Shown one piece after another: positions 34,880 through 49,058 of a DNA stretch of 64,000 nucleotides. The translations under genes and the position numbers were made by a program. How positions within the stretch are numbered: the stretch's first letter is position 1; each line of letters begins with the position of its first letter. Location of the stretch: positions 124,001 to 188,000 of the forward strand of contig JAUGWO010000012.1 in assembly GCA_049724395.1 (NCBI GenBank), given 5' to 3'. The stretch is from Spongospora subterranea f. sp. subterranea. Lineage: Eukaryota. A model generated the notes under the pieces. It saw nothing but the letters and a program-made list of their open reading frames with translations, was not told the DNA's origin and ran no database searches.

Positions 34880-36420
34880 GGCCCTGATTCGTGAGGAGCT
34901 GCCAACGGGCCACCCAGGAGATATCCCTCGAATCGTGTAAAAAGTGTTAAGACAATTGAAGTGAAAGCCATATGTGCAAGTGCATAAAGAATCATTCTGA
35001 CCTCAAAAGTGTGTGTCTCACCTCGCTGCTCAACCCTAAGATATACGATGACTTGACCTGAAGAATTTGGATTAGGACATAGTGTCTTTGAAGACTTCTG
35101 GCGAATGGAATGTAAGCGGGGAGAGATGCTATTCCTGCTGTCAGCATCTTTCAAAATTTGAGCTAAAATCTTGCCAGTTGGAAAAGACTTCTGGCGAATG
35201 GAATGTAAGCGGGAGAGATGCTATTCCTGCTGTCAGCATCTTTTAAAATTTAAGCTAAAATCTTGCCAGTTGGAACACAGAACTGCTCCTCTTGAATGAA
35301 GTCGAATAACATGCACATAAGCAGATAATACATTAACTGATGGTCGAATGGAACACGTTCCAAAGTTTCTCTTCCTTTCTAACTTACACAAACCGGGACA
35401 GAGACTGCTGTCCCATTATCGGAGCACCAGTTTGGATCATTACCAGATGATCCAATCTTTTCAACAGTCTACAGAAGGAATATGTTCCAGTTCATTCCAT
35501 CAAACATTCTCATATGCTGATTGATAACCTAGAATATTTCCGACGGCAGCATTTTTGTCTCTCTGTCCTTTCTGTACGAAATATGTAGATTTTGGTTTCC
35601 CAGGACCGCACTCTAATGTGTAATCTGAATGACCTCCATCAACTTTGTATTGAACTACACAAGAGAATTCCGAAACTCCAATGAAATCCGCAATATCCCG
35701 CTCACGCAGCAAATAGGATCTGCAGAATTGAATGTTAGTAACTGCTGAATTACCCGACAGAAGCAACCGCCCTTGTTGTATTGTTGAGTGATCCATGATG
35801 GGTCAGGAGCAAGGCGAATGACCTGAAACTGTGCTGATCAGGCTGAACGATAAGTGTTCAGTTCATCGTAATCACAGAAAATGTGGCTCAGTGACAGACA
35901 CCCTGTACTCGAATCGCTAGCAGCGAATTCGGGATTCTAACATGGCTTTAGGATTTGAAATCATATCCGCTGGATAGAATCTTGAATGCAGCGTTTTGGA
36001 GAATGTAGCCTATCTTGTCGAGTCCACTTTTCCCCGTTCATCACGAAGAAATTGCTTTGTGAATTGTTGGAAGACCATTCAGGCAGATATGAAGGCCTTT
36101 TACGGCTCTTATTCCTTGCATCATTAAAAAAATCCAGAAGACAACAACGATTTCCAGATTACTGACTGTTGGAACTTGGTGAAACGAGTCCCCGAAGAGG
36201 CAGCAAGTGGTGGAACCGGGACGTTTGCCCCGCGAGCAGGTCGAGATTTTGACTCAAGAAGAGCTACGTAGAAGCGAATGTCATCTTCCCTTTGCCTTGA
36301 CAGGGTGTTGCCAGGCGCGACTGTAAAGCAGCGTGTTGGCAGTAAAAGCAAAGGCCTATCGTTGAAAACAAACTGGCTTTGTATTGAGGAGGATGAAGAA
36401 GCCGAGAAGGGCATCACGAA
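34880..36420 (-). pseudogene. Decayed coding remnant, possibly a Crypton-type tyrosine recombinase
   Basis: Interrupted frames with SYLLRERDIADF, GKPKSTYF..RDKN, RLHSIRQKS (HxxR) and downstream GYLLGGP; many stops. Confidence 0.35.
35091..35275. repeat. ~93-bp tandem duplication
   Basis: aagacttctggcgaatggaatgtaagcggg...aaaatcttgccagttggaa at 35091 and 35184. Confidence 0.9.
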
Positions 36421-36729
36421 AATCGGTGATGCAGCTCAAAAAAGGTGCCGACTGAGCACCCCGGCGATTAAGGTTTACCCGCGGGAACCTGGCCGTACGC
36501 CAGGAGGAGCCCATTGACGGCAGGAGCCTTAACTGCCGCCCGAAATGCCGTCGGGACGACGCCGGTATTGTCCACCAGCTGATAGATTGGAAACGCATCC
36601 AGCGAGAGCCGCGAATTGATTATACGCGCAATGCTGCGTGATTCTCTAAGCACCGATATGAAACCTTGCCATTAAGCAGAGAGGTGAACAAAAAGGGAGT
36701 ACTCCACATACTCATGAGTGAATTAACCA

Positions 36730-37008
36730 CAGCGCCAGGGAACATCTGCGCTGCATGCTCACTGACAACAGCGGCATCCGTGTGCACGGCGTCGGTGATA
36801 GTCGGGGTAGCCGCGTTCGCCTGGCGCAGCTTTCCCCCCTCCGATCGCCATCAGCTGCTTCGATGTTCGCCATGTTCAGACTTCAGAAGAAGCTGCGCCA
36901 GGCGAACGCGGCTGCCCCGGCTATCACCGACGCCGAGCACGCGGATGCCGTGATCTGGCATCATGCCGTTGTCAGTGAGCATGCAGCGCAAATGTTTCAC
37001 TGACGCAG
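36730..37008. repeat. GC-rich foldback inverted repeat (~105-120 bp arms, ~55-nt loop)
   Basis: gcgctgcatgctcactgacaac...ggcgtcggtgatag...gccgcgttcgcctggcgcagctt is mirrored at ~36889-37008. Confidence 0.9.
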
Positions 37009-38729
37009 GTCGGCAGGTGCGCCGGCGTGGTGGGGGGAGGGGAAGCCATGACGCTACTGTACTCGTTGTCCATTAATAATGTTTCGCATGTGTGTACGTG
37101 CAGTACAGTACGACTAAACAGAACGCACCACGAGGCCGCTCCGCGCAATTCTCACCGCAGCATTTTTGAAACTGTGGGAAATAATTCAAGGGGATTACCT
37201 ACGTGCTCTACGCTCCACGCGATAGATTGTCGATGGCTGCTGTTCAGCCCCCCGAACTCAACCCGCGCAGCATGCAATCTGTCCGAGAGCTGTTGAACAG
37301 ATGTCCAATAATTCCTTAACGCTAGTTGCGTATTGTTCAGTTAAAATCGACTCCGTCGAATAAATGCACGCGGAGCCGCCTCCTGGTGCGTTGGATTAGA
37401 TTGGTCCGGGTAATCCAGCTTTTTCAATCCGCGCCAGGAGCTTTCAAAACGTGAAGAGATTCCCTAGAAATGCAGCCAATTTTTTGTCGTACTGTACGGT
37501 TAGTTTTTCGGAGCTTCTTTCGACTCCTTCTTCCTTCACCTTACCCTTTTACAGTTCAGATTCTACCTTTATTCTACTCCTACAATTTTACCCTCTATTT
37601 CTCTGACCTTTCTACCCTCATCCTCTACCCTACCCTATCTACGTACGTGGCAGGGAGTAATTACGATGAAGGGTGTATCTACACAGCGAATCAACAACAA
37701 ATTCCGCAGAGACGAGCATTCTGTTCAAAACAGCGAAAAATTTGCTATCAAAAGGCGAATCAGCAGGCCCTTCCTTTGATTTACATAGCTGCCAAGAATT
37801 TCTACACGCTCAAACAGATCCAGTTAGTTACCTTCTTTTCAAACACAGCACAAAAATGGCAGCAGAAGCGCAATCAGCGAAATCGCAATAACCATGCGAT
37901 TGAAAGTGATGAATCCGACTGATCCTCCTTCATCGTACCTGAATTTAATCGGTAAACAAAGATGAAAGAGAGAGGAGCACGTTGTGGTCGCCAACGCACA
38001 ACGGAATAAATCCCGGTACGGTACTCTGCCTTTCATTTTTCTTTGATAGACCATCAAATCGTTCCGAAGCTGAATGTGTTCTTGTTGATCTGCAATTCCT
38101 CCATGAAATGAACTATGATACACACTGAATACAGCAGTGATTGCAGTCAAATCCTGCTTGCTGATAACAGGATGGTTTGCCCTAGCAGGCTAATCATCCG
38201 GACCTGTGTTGCAAAAGTGTAGGGTCGTCGCTAGCACCATCGTAGTTCAGTATTCAGCATGACTTTGTGCATAGTTCTCGTGTTTCACTGCAGAGCAGGT
38301 TTGATGTAATGGCAAAACATTGTGGCGGACTCAAAGCGCACGCTCGATATCGTTGAAAAGACTGGACATCTTAGATAGATACCGAAAAAACCAGTTCTAC
38401 AACGAGCTAAAAAAGACTTTGAATATCAGTTTGTGGACGTAGCGAATTATTCTGGTACACTCGTTTCAATGTTGCTTGCTAAAACCACAGTTTAAGACAA
38501 CAAAGTCACTGTACACTCTCTGTTATCACAAGGGTGCCAGGCAGATCACAACATGACGAGGTGTCAAATGAGCATTGCAACAAAAATCAGAGTCGGAAGG
38601 ACAATTTAGCGGTTGACGTCTTTTTGCCAAACGCAAGCCTGGAAGCTGCGGTAATTAGTGCGATGCAACAATGAACTTGGCACTACTACAGCACAATCTT
38701 GTTTATTTTTAGTTTCGATCACATAAATA

Positions 38730-40135
38730 TTAGTTCTCTGTTCTCGTTTTTTTAGAGTTGATCGTTATTCCAGGAGTTGGACTGTTGGACGATGGAGAAA
38801 ATTCGCTGTCAGTATCGTAACGCGTTCTAAAATTGGCTCCAAAACTAAACGATGACGACGATTCTTGCTTCTCTCGAACTAGCGAAGCCATAAATCCCGG
38901 ATTGATCTGAGAACAAGTCTGGATCAGGCGGCTGGGACGATGCTCGTCTTTCGCTGATGTTGACGTCAACAGATGTCTCATTACAACACAATAGCGTTCG
39001 CCAGCCGAAATTCGTTCGAGGGATCTATGGAAACTGTTACGTTTTACAGAATAATGTTAAAGCAACGGCTAATCACCTCGCGAAAATACAAAAGCAACAT
39101 TGTCGTTGGGACGATTTCCCAGATCATGGACAGCAAAAACGCAGCCCTGGATACTTCATGTGTCGACCCTGATTCGCTGCCGATTTTTATGGATGCTAAT
39201 CCGAATCTGAGGGGCAACTTGTAAGTTAGCAAAACGATCGAATTCCAAGGAAATCAATTACAGATTTAAGAAGTTATATATACAACGAGACAGAAAAATG
39301 AGCCAGGTGCACACTGTGATGACAATAATCGTTCGCGTTGACATCCTTCTGAGGCTAAACAATACAACCTGCCCATACTTGATATTAGGTACCGAACATC
39401 AATGACAAGAGTATATCGGGGCATACCTGATCCGTAGTAGCAGCAATAATGATTAATGCTCCATAGTACGCATACGTTGCCACCAGAAGCAGAAACTGTA
39501 GCGACATGAAGGTTTGGTGTGTTTTCTCCAAACGAGAAGATCCATCGAAATTAGGGTTTGACGATAAATAAATGTAGACTATACACACTTAAACAATGCA
39601 TCTTTCACGTATTAATGCAATTTTCTCACCTAGTGTCAACGATATCACTGTCCCGTTTACCATCAGATAGATAGCTCTATAACAATGTCGAATTCGGTTC
39701 CACTGTCGCTCATATACAAGAAATGCATAGAAAACGCAAATCAAAGAAAACGTGGCAAATTGCAAATCGATCGGTATCTGCGACAGTGTTATTAATGTGA
39801 ACGAACTACTGAGCAATTAAAATATACCCAATACAAGCACAGTTGTAGGAAAATAAAAGACTCGATGTCAGCTGAGAAGAAAATCACGCGCGAAGCCGAC
39901 CATAAGAAACCCAAGCTCAAGAACGCTGTTTGGAAGCTGACGAGAGAATGTTTGAATATCGCAATGCGAGCAACTTCAGTAACAATATATGCAATGAGCA
40001 CATTATCGACAGATATAAATCGAAGTAGAACGTGAGAAACAAAAGTCGAAACCAGAATATTGTTTTCGACTGACGCTGAAACACGCATATGGTGGCGACG
40101 GAAGCGTAGGACAAGATAAGAATCCCGGCGAGCAT
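38730..40135 (-). CDS. GPR137/TM7SF1-TOM1/THH1-like multi-pass membrane protein, multi-exon
   Basis: SFQTAFLSLGFLWSASRVIFFS; LYW|IPIDLQFATFSL; IWEIVPTTMLLLYFR; C-terminal RYDTD. Confidence 0.75.
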
Positions 40136-40441
40136 GGCTCAAGGTGACGTCAAACAGCAGATGTACCGATCAGCATGAAGATCTAATTGATTTACGAGGC
40201 CGTTAGCAGTCCCATTTTACGTTGTAGGGAAGGGATTAGGGACTATACACGGTAGGGTAACACTATCCGACTGCGATTCGACGTGGGAGGTTACAGTGTG
40301 TCGACGGGACAGTTCAGTGGTGAAATGGTGATTTGGGGGCAACCAACCCAGGTGTACTGTACAACCGTCGCAAAAGCCGCAGCGAATACGCCCATGACGC
40401 TCAAAGTCGACGACAGATTGTATTAGCAGAATAATAAGTGA

Positions 40442-41163
40442 TTAAATGGGTTTAATCTTGAAGTGTAATCCGACTAGAGAAAACACGAAACATTTCAGAT
40501 CTTGAACGAGGAAATAAAATGCCTTGAACCCTTCGGAGTCTTTGCATTTTTCGACGTCCATCAATGAGCCGATTTTGGCAGTTTCAAAAGAAATGTGCTC
40601 GTTGTTCATAACAATTTCCAGCTGTTGTGATCCGACACGATCGGGCACTGGCCATTTACTGTCGTCTTCCCTATAAAACCTCACATTGAGAGGTAAAATT
40701 AAGCCAGAAATGAAATACGTACTTGAGGATTTCGGAAGTCTCTAAAATTCGAGCAAGTTCTTTTAGAACGCTTGGAGAAACAAAAACTAATGAAGTGATG
40801 TCAGACGCAATACGGTTACAATTAGTACTGACTCACCTTCTTTTCGAATCATTCGATCGTTTTTGTAGTTGGAGTTGTTGGCATATCGTAACTTGCCATC
40901 AGACCGAAATTCGAATTCTAAAAACTCATGGCCAAACTTTCCCTTGTGTCCGACACTAATCAAACAGAAATACTCAATAAAACAGGTATGAATTTTTCGA
41001 AGAATGGGGACAAATCGGTAATCCTTAACGGTTGGCAAAACGTTTCAAAGCAAACTACTAAAACTATAAAGTATTGAATATAAAAGCTATATTAAAAAAC
41101 AGATGTGTGGATTGTGCTAGACTCGTACTAATATCGGACATAGAAATCGTCGCTTTTGCTCAT
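40442..41163 (-). CDS. MAGOH: Mago nashi (exon junction complex core), 4 exons
   Basis: [74 protein letters not shown]. Confidence 0.98.
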
Positions 41164-41745
41164 TGCCAACGACGTCCAATTACGCCGCACCGATTGCCAA
41201 ATCGACTAATCAAGATGTCCGCACGGATATATCATTGGGTGGAGCGGAGCCCCGACCCAACAACACCGGCTCATGGCGCAGCCCAAACTTTTCCTGTGTG
41301 TACAGTATGTACAACGAGTTGAACTTGTGAGTTGTGACATTTGAATCTGGACGGCGGTAGAGACGATCATAATTCAGATACTACTTGGTTGTTTTGTCGA
41401 TGGGGTCAAAACCACAATGTCACCTGCCAATGGCACGGCATGAAATAGGCGAAGCCCTAACCACGACCATCGATTAGTGTAATTGTCATCAGCGATTACA
41501 GAGGTTATTGGATGCCAAGGCCGCAAGTTATTGGAAATAATATTTTCTCTGCCTTCTGCGACGTGTTTGACCCTCCTTTATCAAAATGGCATGCCGAAAT
41601 GACTGGGATTTATTGATGTTACCTTTACACATACACTAGGAATCTGTTACCAGTCGCGCGACTTTCCTCTGTACAGTAAAATACATCTTACTGTGATACA
41701 CATTGAAAATCTTTCCCATTCGGGTTTTGTCATTTTCGTAAAGCG

Positions 41746-42210
41746 ATGTTAGGCACGAGCGCTTATGAATTCCAGGACCTAACGAGAAAACAATCCTCGC
41801 TGGCGCTATGGATTCCCGTAGCTTTGGTCGTATCGGCGACAGGGCTGTATCTCAACGCGAAGCTGGCGATTGCAGCCTCGCAGGCGAACGGGTTGCTTGC
41901 GTTAAGCAAAGCGTTCTTCCTGCAGAAAACATCTATAGTGTTCTCCGAGCTCTGGTTCCCTACTCTTCTGGTTTTCGTCGCCCTGCAACTGTTTGTCGTC
42001 GCGTTTTTCTGTAGGAGAGAACATGCCGCAAGGCAAGCTGGAGCTCTTCGTCTTCTGTCCCTCATCATGCTGCTCAAGATCGTCGAAGCAACGTTGAAGC
42101 TTATGGATTCAAATGAATATGTTAACAGATGGCAATTCAACACCATATTCGACTTAATGGGCCAAGCAAGTTTGATGGTCTCTTATTTTTTATTTAGTTC
42201 TTTCAACTAA
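41746..42210 (+). CDS. Hypothetical ~4-TM membrane protein, intronless
   Basis: 154-aa ATG ORF with four hydrophobic stretches. Confidence 0.55.
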   Translation: MLGTSAYEFQDLTRKQSSLALWIPVALVVSATGLYLNAKLAIAASQANGLLALSKAFFLQKTSIVFSELWFPTLLVFVALQLFVVAFFCRREHAARQAGALRLLSLIMLLKIVEATLKLMDSNEYVNRWQFNTIFDLMGQASLMVSYFLFSSFN

Positions 42211-42448
42211 ACTCCGTTCTATCTATGTTGTGTGTTGTGTGAACATATATCAGTCTCGAATGTCGCCCCTGTCCGCTCATCATGCAAGAAAGGGGCTTCA
42301 AACACGTTTGCCATCGAACCTAATTTTCAGTTAGTGCCCCTGGTTATCTTGAACTTGGAGACGGCATGATGAAGGGGGGATGACCTCCTGTGCCAGTCAT
42401 AGTCCCAAGGTGGACCTTTTAGAACGCCATCAAACGCGAATCCTGGCC

Positions 42449-45400
42449 ATGGCGATGACTCATCAGGAGCGAATTGATACCTTCGGTATTGACTGCGGCA
42501 GCTCTCTGATTTGGAAAGGATGGTTGGTCCATCGTTGCGCGCTAAACACTCGTGTCATTGATTTGCAGGAGCATTGGCGGGCAATATAACAAAGTGCTTA
42601 CCTTTCGCAATGTGTCTGCCGTCGTCAAAACCCTATCGTACAAACTGCCATCGACCAAAACATTCTACATGGAGTTTCCTGTTCCTGTCAAGCTACATCC
42701 AGGAATGTCCTTTTCCACCACCGTCTCTTTCCGCCCGCCTGCTTTCCAGTCGTATGCGGACGTTATTGAGGTAGAACTCATCGCCTGCGATCAGCATTTC
42801 ACCGACGCGTTCAAAGGTTACAGTTGGTCAAGGGACCTTTACCCTTCTAATACAAGGGTGTATTCCTGGTTTGGAAATCTCTCTACCGGAATCATTACCT
42901 TTCGGCTTTCAGGCGGTAATGGATTAGCCAATGGGACGCGAATGGGCATAGTCCAATGAGGTTTTCGCTGTTTAGGTAGGATCGCCAGCGTCGATGACAT
43001 TGAACATCGTCAACTCTGGAGAGTTGGATGCCGATATTGTGTGGTCTGCCTCGAAGCCATTTCAGATCACGCCTGAGAAAGTGTGCATACCCTCGGGCTC
43101 AACATTCTCAGCATCTTGCCAGTTTCAGTCCAATGTGGCGTCTGTGTTTGAAGGACGAGCCTGTTGCCAGGTATGCTCGAATAAAAATGACGTCATCTTG
43201 TGCTCCTTATCAACCATTGATGCCTCATTTGTTAGATTAGCCACGGAGACGTTTCCGAAGAGAAATACGTGCTCGTTTCTGCGATATCAAAGTCTGTAAA
43301 TCAATAGATTCAGTCAATAGTAACTTTAGTTGCTCTCTAGATATCCACAATTGACATTGGATCAACCTCAAGTGGATTTCGGTGCAGTTCCTGTGGGGAA
43401 AACGGCGAAAATCGAAGTTGTTTTGACGAACGTGTCCCCGGTTTCTGCTCAGTTTTCATTGCATGCGCTTGAATCAGATCGTGCGCCCGTATTTTCTATC
43501 AAACCACATTCCAGTGTGGTGAGTGGTCCTGACACAAATGTCATGTCAATTGATGAATTGAATACTCTTCATCAGGTTCCAAGCAAAGGTTCCGTTGCCG
43601 TAGTTGTTCAATATTCCCCAAAGACGCCTCTCACAGCGATCGTTGACCACTTCGAGTTTCGATGTGCCGGCGGGAACGCCATCAAAATGACGTGCCGTGG
43701 GTCGTCAACTGAGATTGAATACAAGCTCGAACCTGTCCGAATTGATTTCAAAGACGTGAGGACACTAACGAATTACATTCGGTTTGTTGATGACGCAAAT
43801 GTTAGGCGCTTTTGGGATTGTCACTCCAACAATCTATAGTGATCAGCAATTGCTCCAATATCCAGCCGTTGCGATTTAGGTTCACTGGAGGTTATGGAGC
43901 ATTTCGTTTTGCGCCCGCATTTGGTGAAGTGAAACCTACTTTAACCGCAACGATCAAGGTCAATCTTGAAGTTATCGACAAAATGCAGTTGGAGTGTCAA
44001 CTCTCGCTTAGGTCACATTCACCCCGACCGACACGATCAACTATTACGAACGTGTATATGTTGTTATCGAACATGGTCGCCCTCATTTGATTGATCTGAT
44101 TGGGACGTGTTTCAACGAGCTGATCCGTCCGCCTCCATTTTCTCACGAACTGGTACGTCTGTGATAAAACCGTGTTGCAGTTCCCAGAAACAACTTGGTT
44201 CGTCGAAGGTCGACCACTTTCATCGTCGTTGTGCTATCGGTCTGGGAAGCGTATCCCCTGAAACTCTAGAAAGGCACCAGAGGGAGAAACAGTTGAGTCT
44301 CACGAGTGCCTTTACATACCGGTTTCGTTTAATTTCCGATCAGATTCGAGGTGGCTACTGCTCCTCTCCTGTCGAATTCATCTCCTGTCAATGACCGGTT
44401 CTTGGCCTATATGGACAAAGACAACTCGGGCATTGTCCACATAGTTGAGGCTGATAACGGTCTGAGTTTCGCCTCGTCGCCGACCATGAACGGAACTCAA
44501 GTTCGGTTCCTTCACGTTAAAAACGGGTCCGACGGGAAAGTAGGAATGCCTTTATCAGCGCCTGTCGTGATTTAATCGCACGAATCAGGTTTGTGTGGTA
44601 TGGCATGATACAAACGGCAACAGTCCCTTCATTGTGTCACCAAAGCAGCGTGATATTCGCCCTCAGACCATCGCACAGTTTCAAGTAAATCGGCGTCCCC
44701 TTATGCATGATCCCTAGCTTTGTTAACGGTTCCGAAAAAGGTTATTTTCAGACCACGCCACGATAGCCTCTATTACTCAACCCACCTCTCGTGTACCGCT
44801 TACTTCAAGGTTTGGTTGATAGCGTGTTCGTGTTCATCATAACTGATTCTGAGATCACTCAGGTTAATCGCTCGTTCCGTTTAGTTACGAATTCAACGTT
44901 TACCCCGCCCTGGAGTTTGGCAATTCCTGTTCTTGCAGATAGCTTCAGGTGTTGTTTTTGCCGTTATTTGAATTTGTTTCGGTTTTTTTGGACTAACCTT
45001 CATATTTTAAGAATTGGCGCTGAACATTTCCTACCTAAAGGGAGGTTCCATTGCACCAATTTCGAATTTCCTCCAATATGCCAACGTTCTACAAGCTATT
45101 TGACTGTTCGCCTGTCGAATAGTGGTGAGCAATTCACGAAAATCCAATGCTGTTGGACTCATTGAAGCGTCTGGCCAGGGAATACTCCTATGCATTTCGC
45201 GTTTCGGAGTCAACAATCTCCCGACAATGTGTTCATCGTGAAGCCGGTCATGGGCAGCGTTGCGGCTGGAGCGTTTGAGATGGTCACGTTCGGTTTCCGC
45301 CCCGTCAACCTGAACCCTGTCTCGTTCCAGTTCGTGTGCATGGTCAACTATTCTCACGAATGGGAAGTTTCCGTCTCTGGGGCGGCATATGATGTCAGCC

Positions 45401-48400
45401 TGGCGGTTTCAGGTGGAGGTCGCCTGTATTTTCACCCAACCTGTCCCGGTCAGTTTTCCAATTCATCGTTTTGATCCCAAAAATTCTGATTTGAGACATA
45501 TAGGTGCGACTTCAACGAAGGCCATGACGATATACAATCGTTCAAGAATCAATGCCTTTTTCCTCATTAATATTGTGATGATGAAAAAACGTCACTACTG
45601 TGTTATTGTAGTTTAAAATTGTTTTTTTAGGAGGGCGAGAGAGTATTCACGGTTGATCGAGACCGGGGGGAGATTGGTGGCAATGATGATCTGGTTCTGC
45701 ATTGGACCTACAGTCCTAAAACTCAAGGAACGGTCGTCGAGAAGGTGATCAGCGTCGCAGTCAACCGGACCATCAATGACGTGCTGTTTTCCCGACAGAT
45801 TTCCTGCGAAGTGTTCACCGATGCGTCGATGTCTGTTCATTGCGCGTCCATTCCGCTGTTCCTGAAAGGTGTTGCTCCACAAATCACTGCCACAATGGAG
45901 TTATTGCCCTCGTCCTCTCAAGAGCATCTCCCTGCTGCTGTCGTTGGCAACTCGTACAATCATCGAATCAAACTAGTCAACACCTGCGACGTCGATGTTA
46001 AATTCAACATAACAGCTGAGGTCAACGATTTTCGTTCGGATGGCTTGTCGTTGTCTTTTCTGACCTCGCCACCAGCTCATGGACGCCATATCGGATTCAT
46101 ACAGTATTCGCATTGATAGAGATCACGGATTACTACCCGCTCGTGCTTCCATCGTCATCGATCTGTTCATTACGGTTTGGGTTCGCACGATTTACCAAGT
46201 TCACGTTGTTTGTCGCGGAGGCAGCAGTGCTACGAGCGGGACTCTGTCGAGCTCTGAGGTATGTCGAATCGCCATGGATCATCAGCACAAGTTGCCAATG
46301 TTCTTCACGAAGGCGGTTTGTGATTTGTTGGTGAAAGGCGAAGTTGTTCTGCCCATAGTTGAGATCCAAGATGTGCTTTATGATCCGTATCCAATATCGA
46401 CGTCCTGGGCACTGGCAAGAAACCGTTCGGTACATCAGATGACACAATTCACAGTTTTGGTTCAGGTTGATCCTGACAGTATCAACAAATATCTCAGCAG
46501 TGACCTTTCACCGCTAGAAATGAAACAGGTGTAGCACTTTCGCCAATTGACCCTCCCATTCGGAATTAACCCATTCTCGTAGCGAATTCATGGCCCGTTT
46601 ATCGATGGATACTCAACTGATCTGCCGGACCGGGTCAAAATTGGCTCCATCCATACTGATTGTGATCGCTCACAATATTCACAGGCAATGCCTTCGTTCG
46701 ACTGCCGTTTCATGCCCGGTCTGCTGTCCCGCTCATCCAGCCAAATAATCGTCCGGTTGGCCAACGTCGGTCGAGTACCGGTGGATCTGAAGATTCGTGG
46801 GCCGACCGTTGACGATCTTGAACATGAACTATGGGTCGACCCTGATCAGCAATCCGAAACTCAAAAACGCTATCAGGAGGTTTGACGTTTTCCCTTCTTG
46901 TTCCATAACAAACATAGCCATGATCGTGTCAGATTCTGAAGCGAAAGGTTTTGACGTTTACTCCCGACTCGGGCCATCTGGAAATCGGTGAATCAATGGA
47001 CATCATTCTCAAGCATGATCATGGACAAGTTCAGACTGTAAACCCAACATCACCGCTACGAATTAGACGACGAACCGCTGTATTTAGGTGATGCTAGCGT
47101 TGATGTTCGATGTGGCGTTGGGAAAGAAGTTCATGTGGAACATTCACGCAGAAACAGCATACCACAGCCGACGATCGTTGACCTTTATGGGTTGGTGTCG
47201 TTTTCGGATCCATTGCAAAAACGGCGACCTGAGTCTGGAAATTGGCAGTCGCAAAACACCCTTTGACGGCGATGCCAATTGGCATGTTGGCGAGCGATGT
47301 TCCAATTCAGACAATTCGTCTGTATAATAACTGCCCGATGTCGCTTGAGTTCGCGATCAACCATTCGGCATTGACCGCAACCAATCACGCCTCATTGGCA
47401 TATCCCGTGTTTGAGTGCCTGGAAGACTTGGGCACCATTGCCCCCAATTCTCACTACGATATCCACATCAAATTTAGACCATTACAGCCTATAGGCTATC
47501 AGTATTGGCCATTTCAATATCAATCAATAATCAACGCTCAACATTGTCACAGATCGTCCGTTGAAATCACGGTAGTTGACGGGGAAGTTCAACGATTGGA
47601 GATATATGGCGATGGATATGTCCCTGGAGCAACCAATGCGCCCATGAATTATCCCCAATCGTGGTTGTCTATATCATCGATTCAGTCTTACGGCCGAGCT
47701 GGCAATTTATCTCCAGGATCGATCAACATACCTGACGCCAAGCTGAATCATGTCGGTTGCGCTGACAATCCTGCACTTCATTGCTCACCTTTGCAGCAGG
47801 TGTCGCATCATATAACAATGCTCACGAATATCTGCTCCGACCCAATCGAATACCATTTTGATCTGGAATCAGCGTCTGTTCTGAGTGCGTTGAGTGTGGT
47901 CACTTCTGAGGCGTGTTTTGCCATTAGGTCAGCTGGGTATACAGATGTCTGTATTGAGCCGAGCCAGGGCGTGATCTGCCCAGGAGAGCATGCTCTTCTA
48001 CATGTCGAGGTACGGGCCGGCAGTTCACCAGAAATCATCAGGCGGTCGTTATCGTGTGATATATATCGGAGAATCGATAACGAACAGACAGATTTGACGT
48101 CAACGAGGAAGCACCATCATCGGTAATCTAGAAACCACGAGTTCGATTTCAAAGATGTGTATTGATGATTGGTACAGCGACATCGTAGCGAATCAAAGTA
48201 CAGCTCGGTCAAGATTGATGTCTAAAGCTCACTCGAAGTCTATGACTTCTTTACAGGTAAAGCCGTCCAACGTTCAGTGCGTTCATGGCCGAATTCGATT
48301 GGCAGGAAGTACCTGAGTGCCAAACGAGACAGGAACCGGGAACTATTGTGAGCAAATTATGGATTGATATCATAGGCCATGTTGGTTTCAGTGTCAATCC

Positions 48401-48964
48401 CAAAGAACGCCCCAACAGCTTTCTACCGATGGGACCCAAGGAATCAGAGGGTGAATCTATCTCAGTTTGATACTAGAGAGCTCAATGCTGATGAGGGTTG
48501 CCGCTCAGGCAATGTTGATGGCGATGTAAACAACCAGGTTGAGACGGCGCTCTCCTGGCTGATGCCAGAATTCATCCCAGGCGATGTCTTTGGTCATGAT
48601 CGATCCCCGACTCCAATTCCATATTTCGTTCATCTCCCGAATCAAGAGATGCCGTCGGCTCCAACCATGCTTCGGGACATTGACGACCTCGTCGGCGAGA
48701 AGTTAACAAGATACAAAATTAGGTATGTTCTATCAGATGCTTTTTGGTGAAACCGATTTCTCAGCTATGTTTAGGAACAACATCGAACTCCACAACGAGA
48801 CGTCCACAAAAGCCCAAACATTCTGCTCATCAGAATTTCAAGATACTGTGAAGCGTGTCGTGAATGAGACATTGCTAAGTCTGATATCGCAAATCGACAA
48901 AGGTGAATTCAAGCTTGACGCTGCACCGAAGGACGTTATTGTCGAAGGTCTTCTGTTCCAATAA
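42449..48964 (+). CDS. CFAP65: Cilia- and flagella-associated protein 65 (CCDC108), many exons, repeated ASH/PapD-like domains
   Basis: FGIDC..LIWKGW|..GGQYNKVLTFRNVS..KTLSYKLPSTKTF..FP.PVKLHPGMSF..VSFRP; VDFGAVPVG; LYFHPTCPG; NRSFRLV..TFTPPW. Confidence 0.85.
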
Positions 48965-49058
48965 TCAAACATGTTTTTGCACAATTTGAAATATTCTGTA
49001 TTGTAATATTATAATAGCGAACGCTCGTCTTCCTTTTTGGGGCTGTTGAACGCCAATG

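Noticed and set aside
37470..38700. ORFs and a pyrimidine-rich ctacc tract
   Set aside because: Low-complexity sequence and broken frames; no family can be assigned
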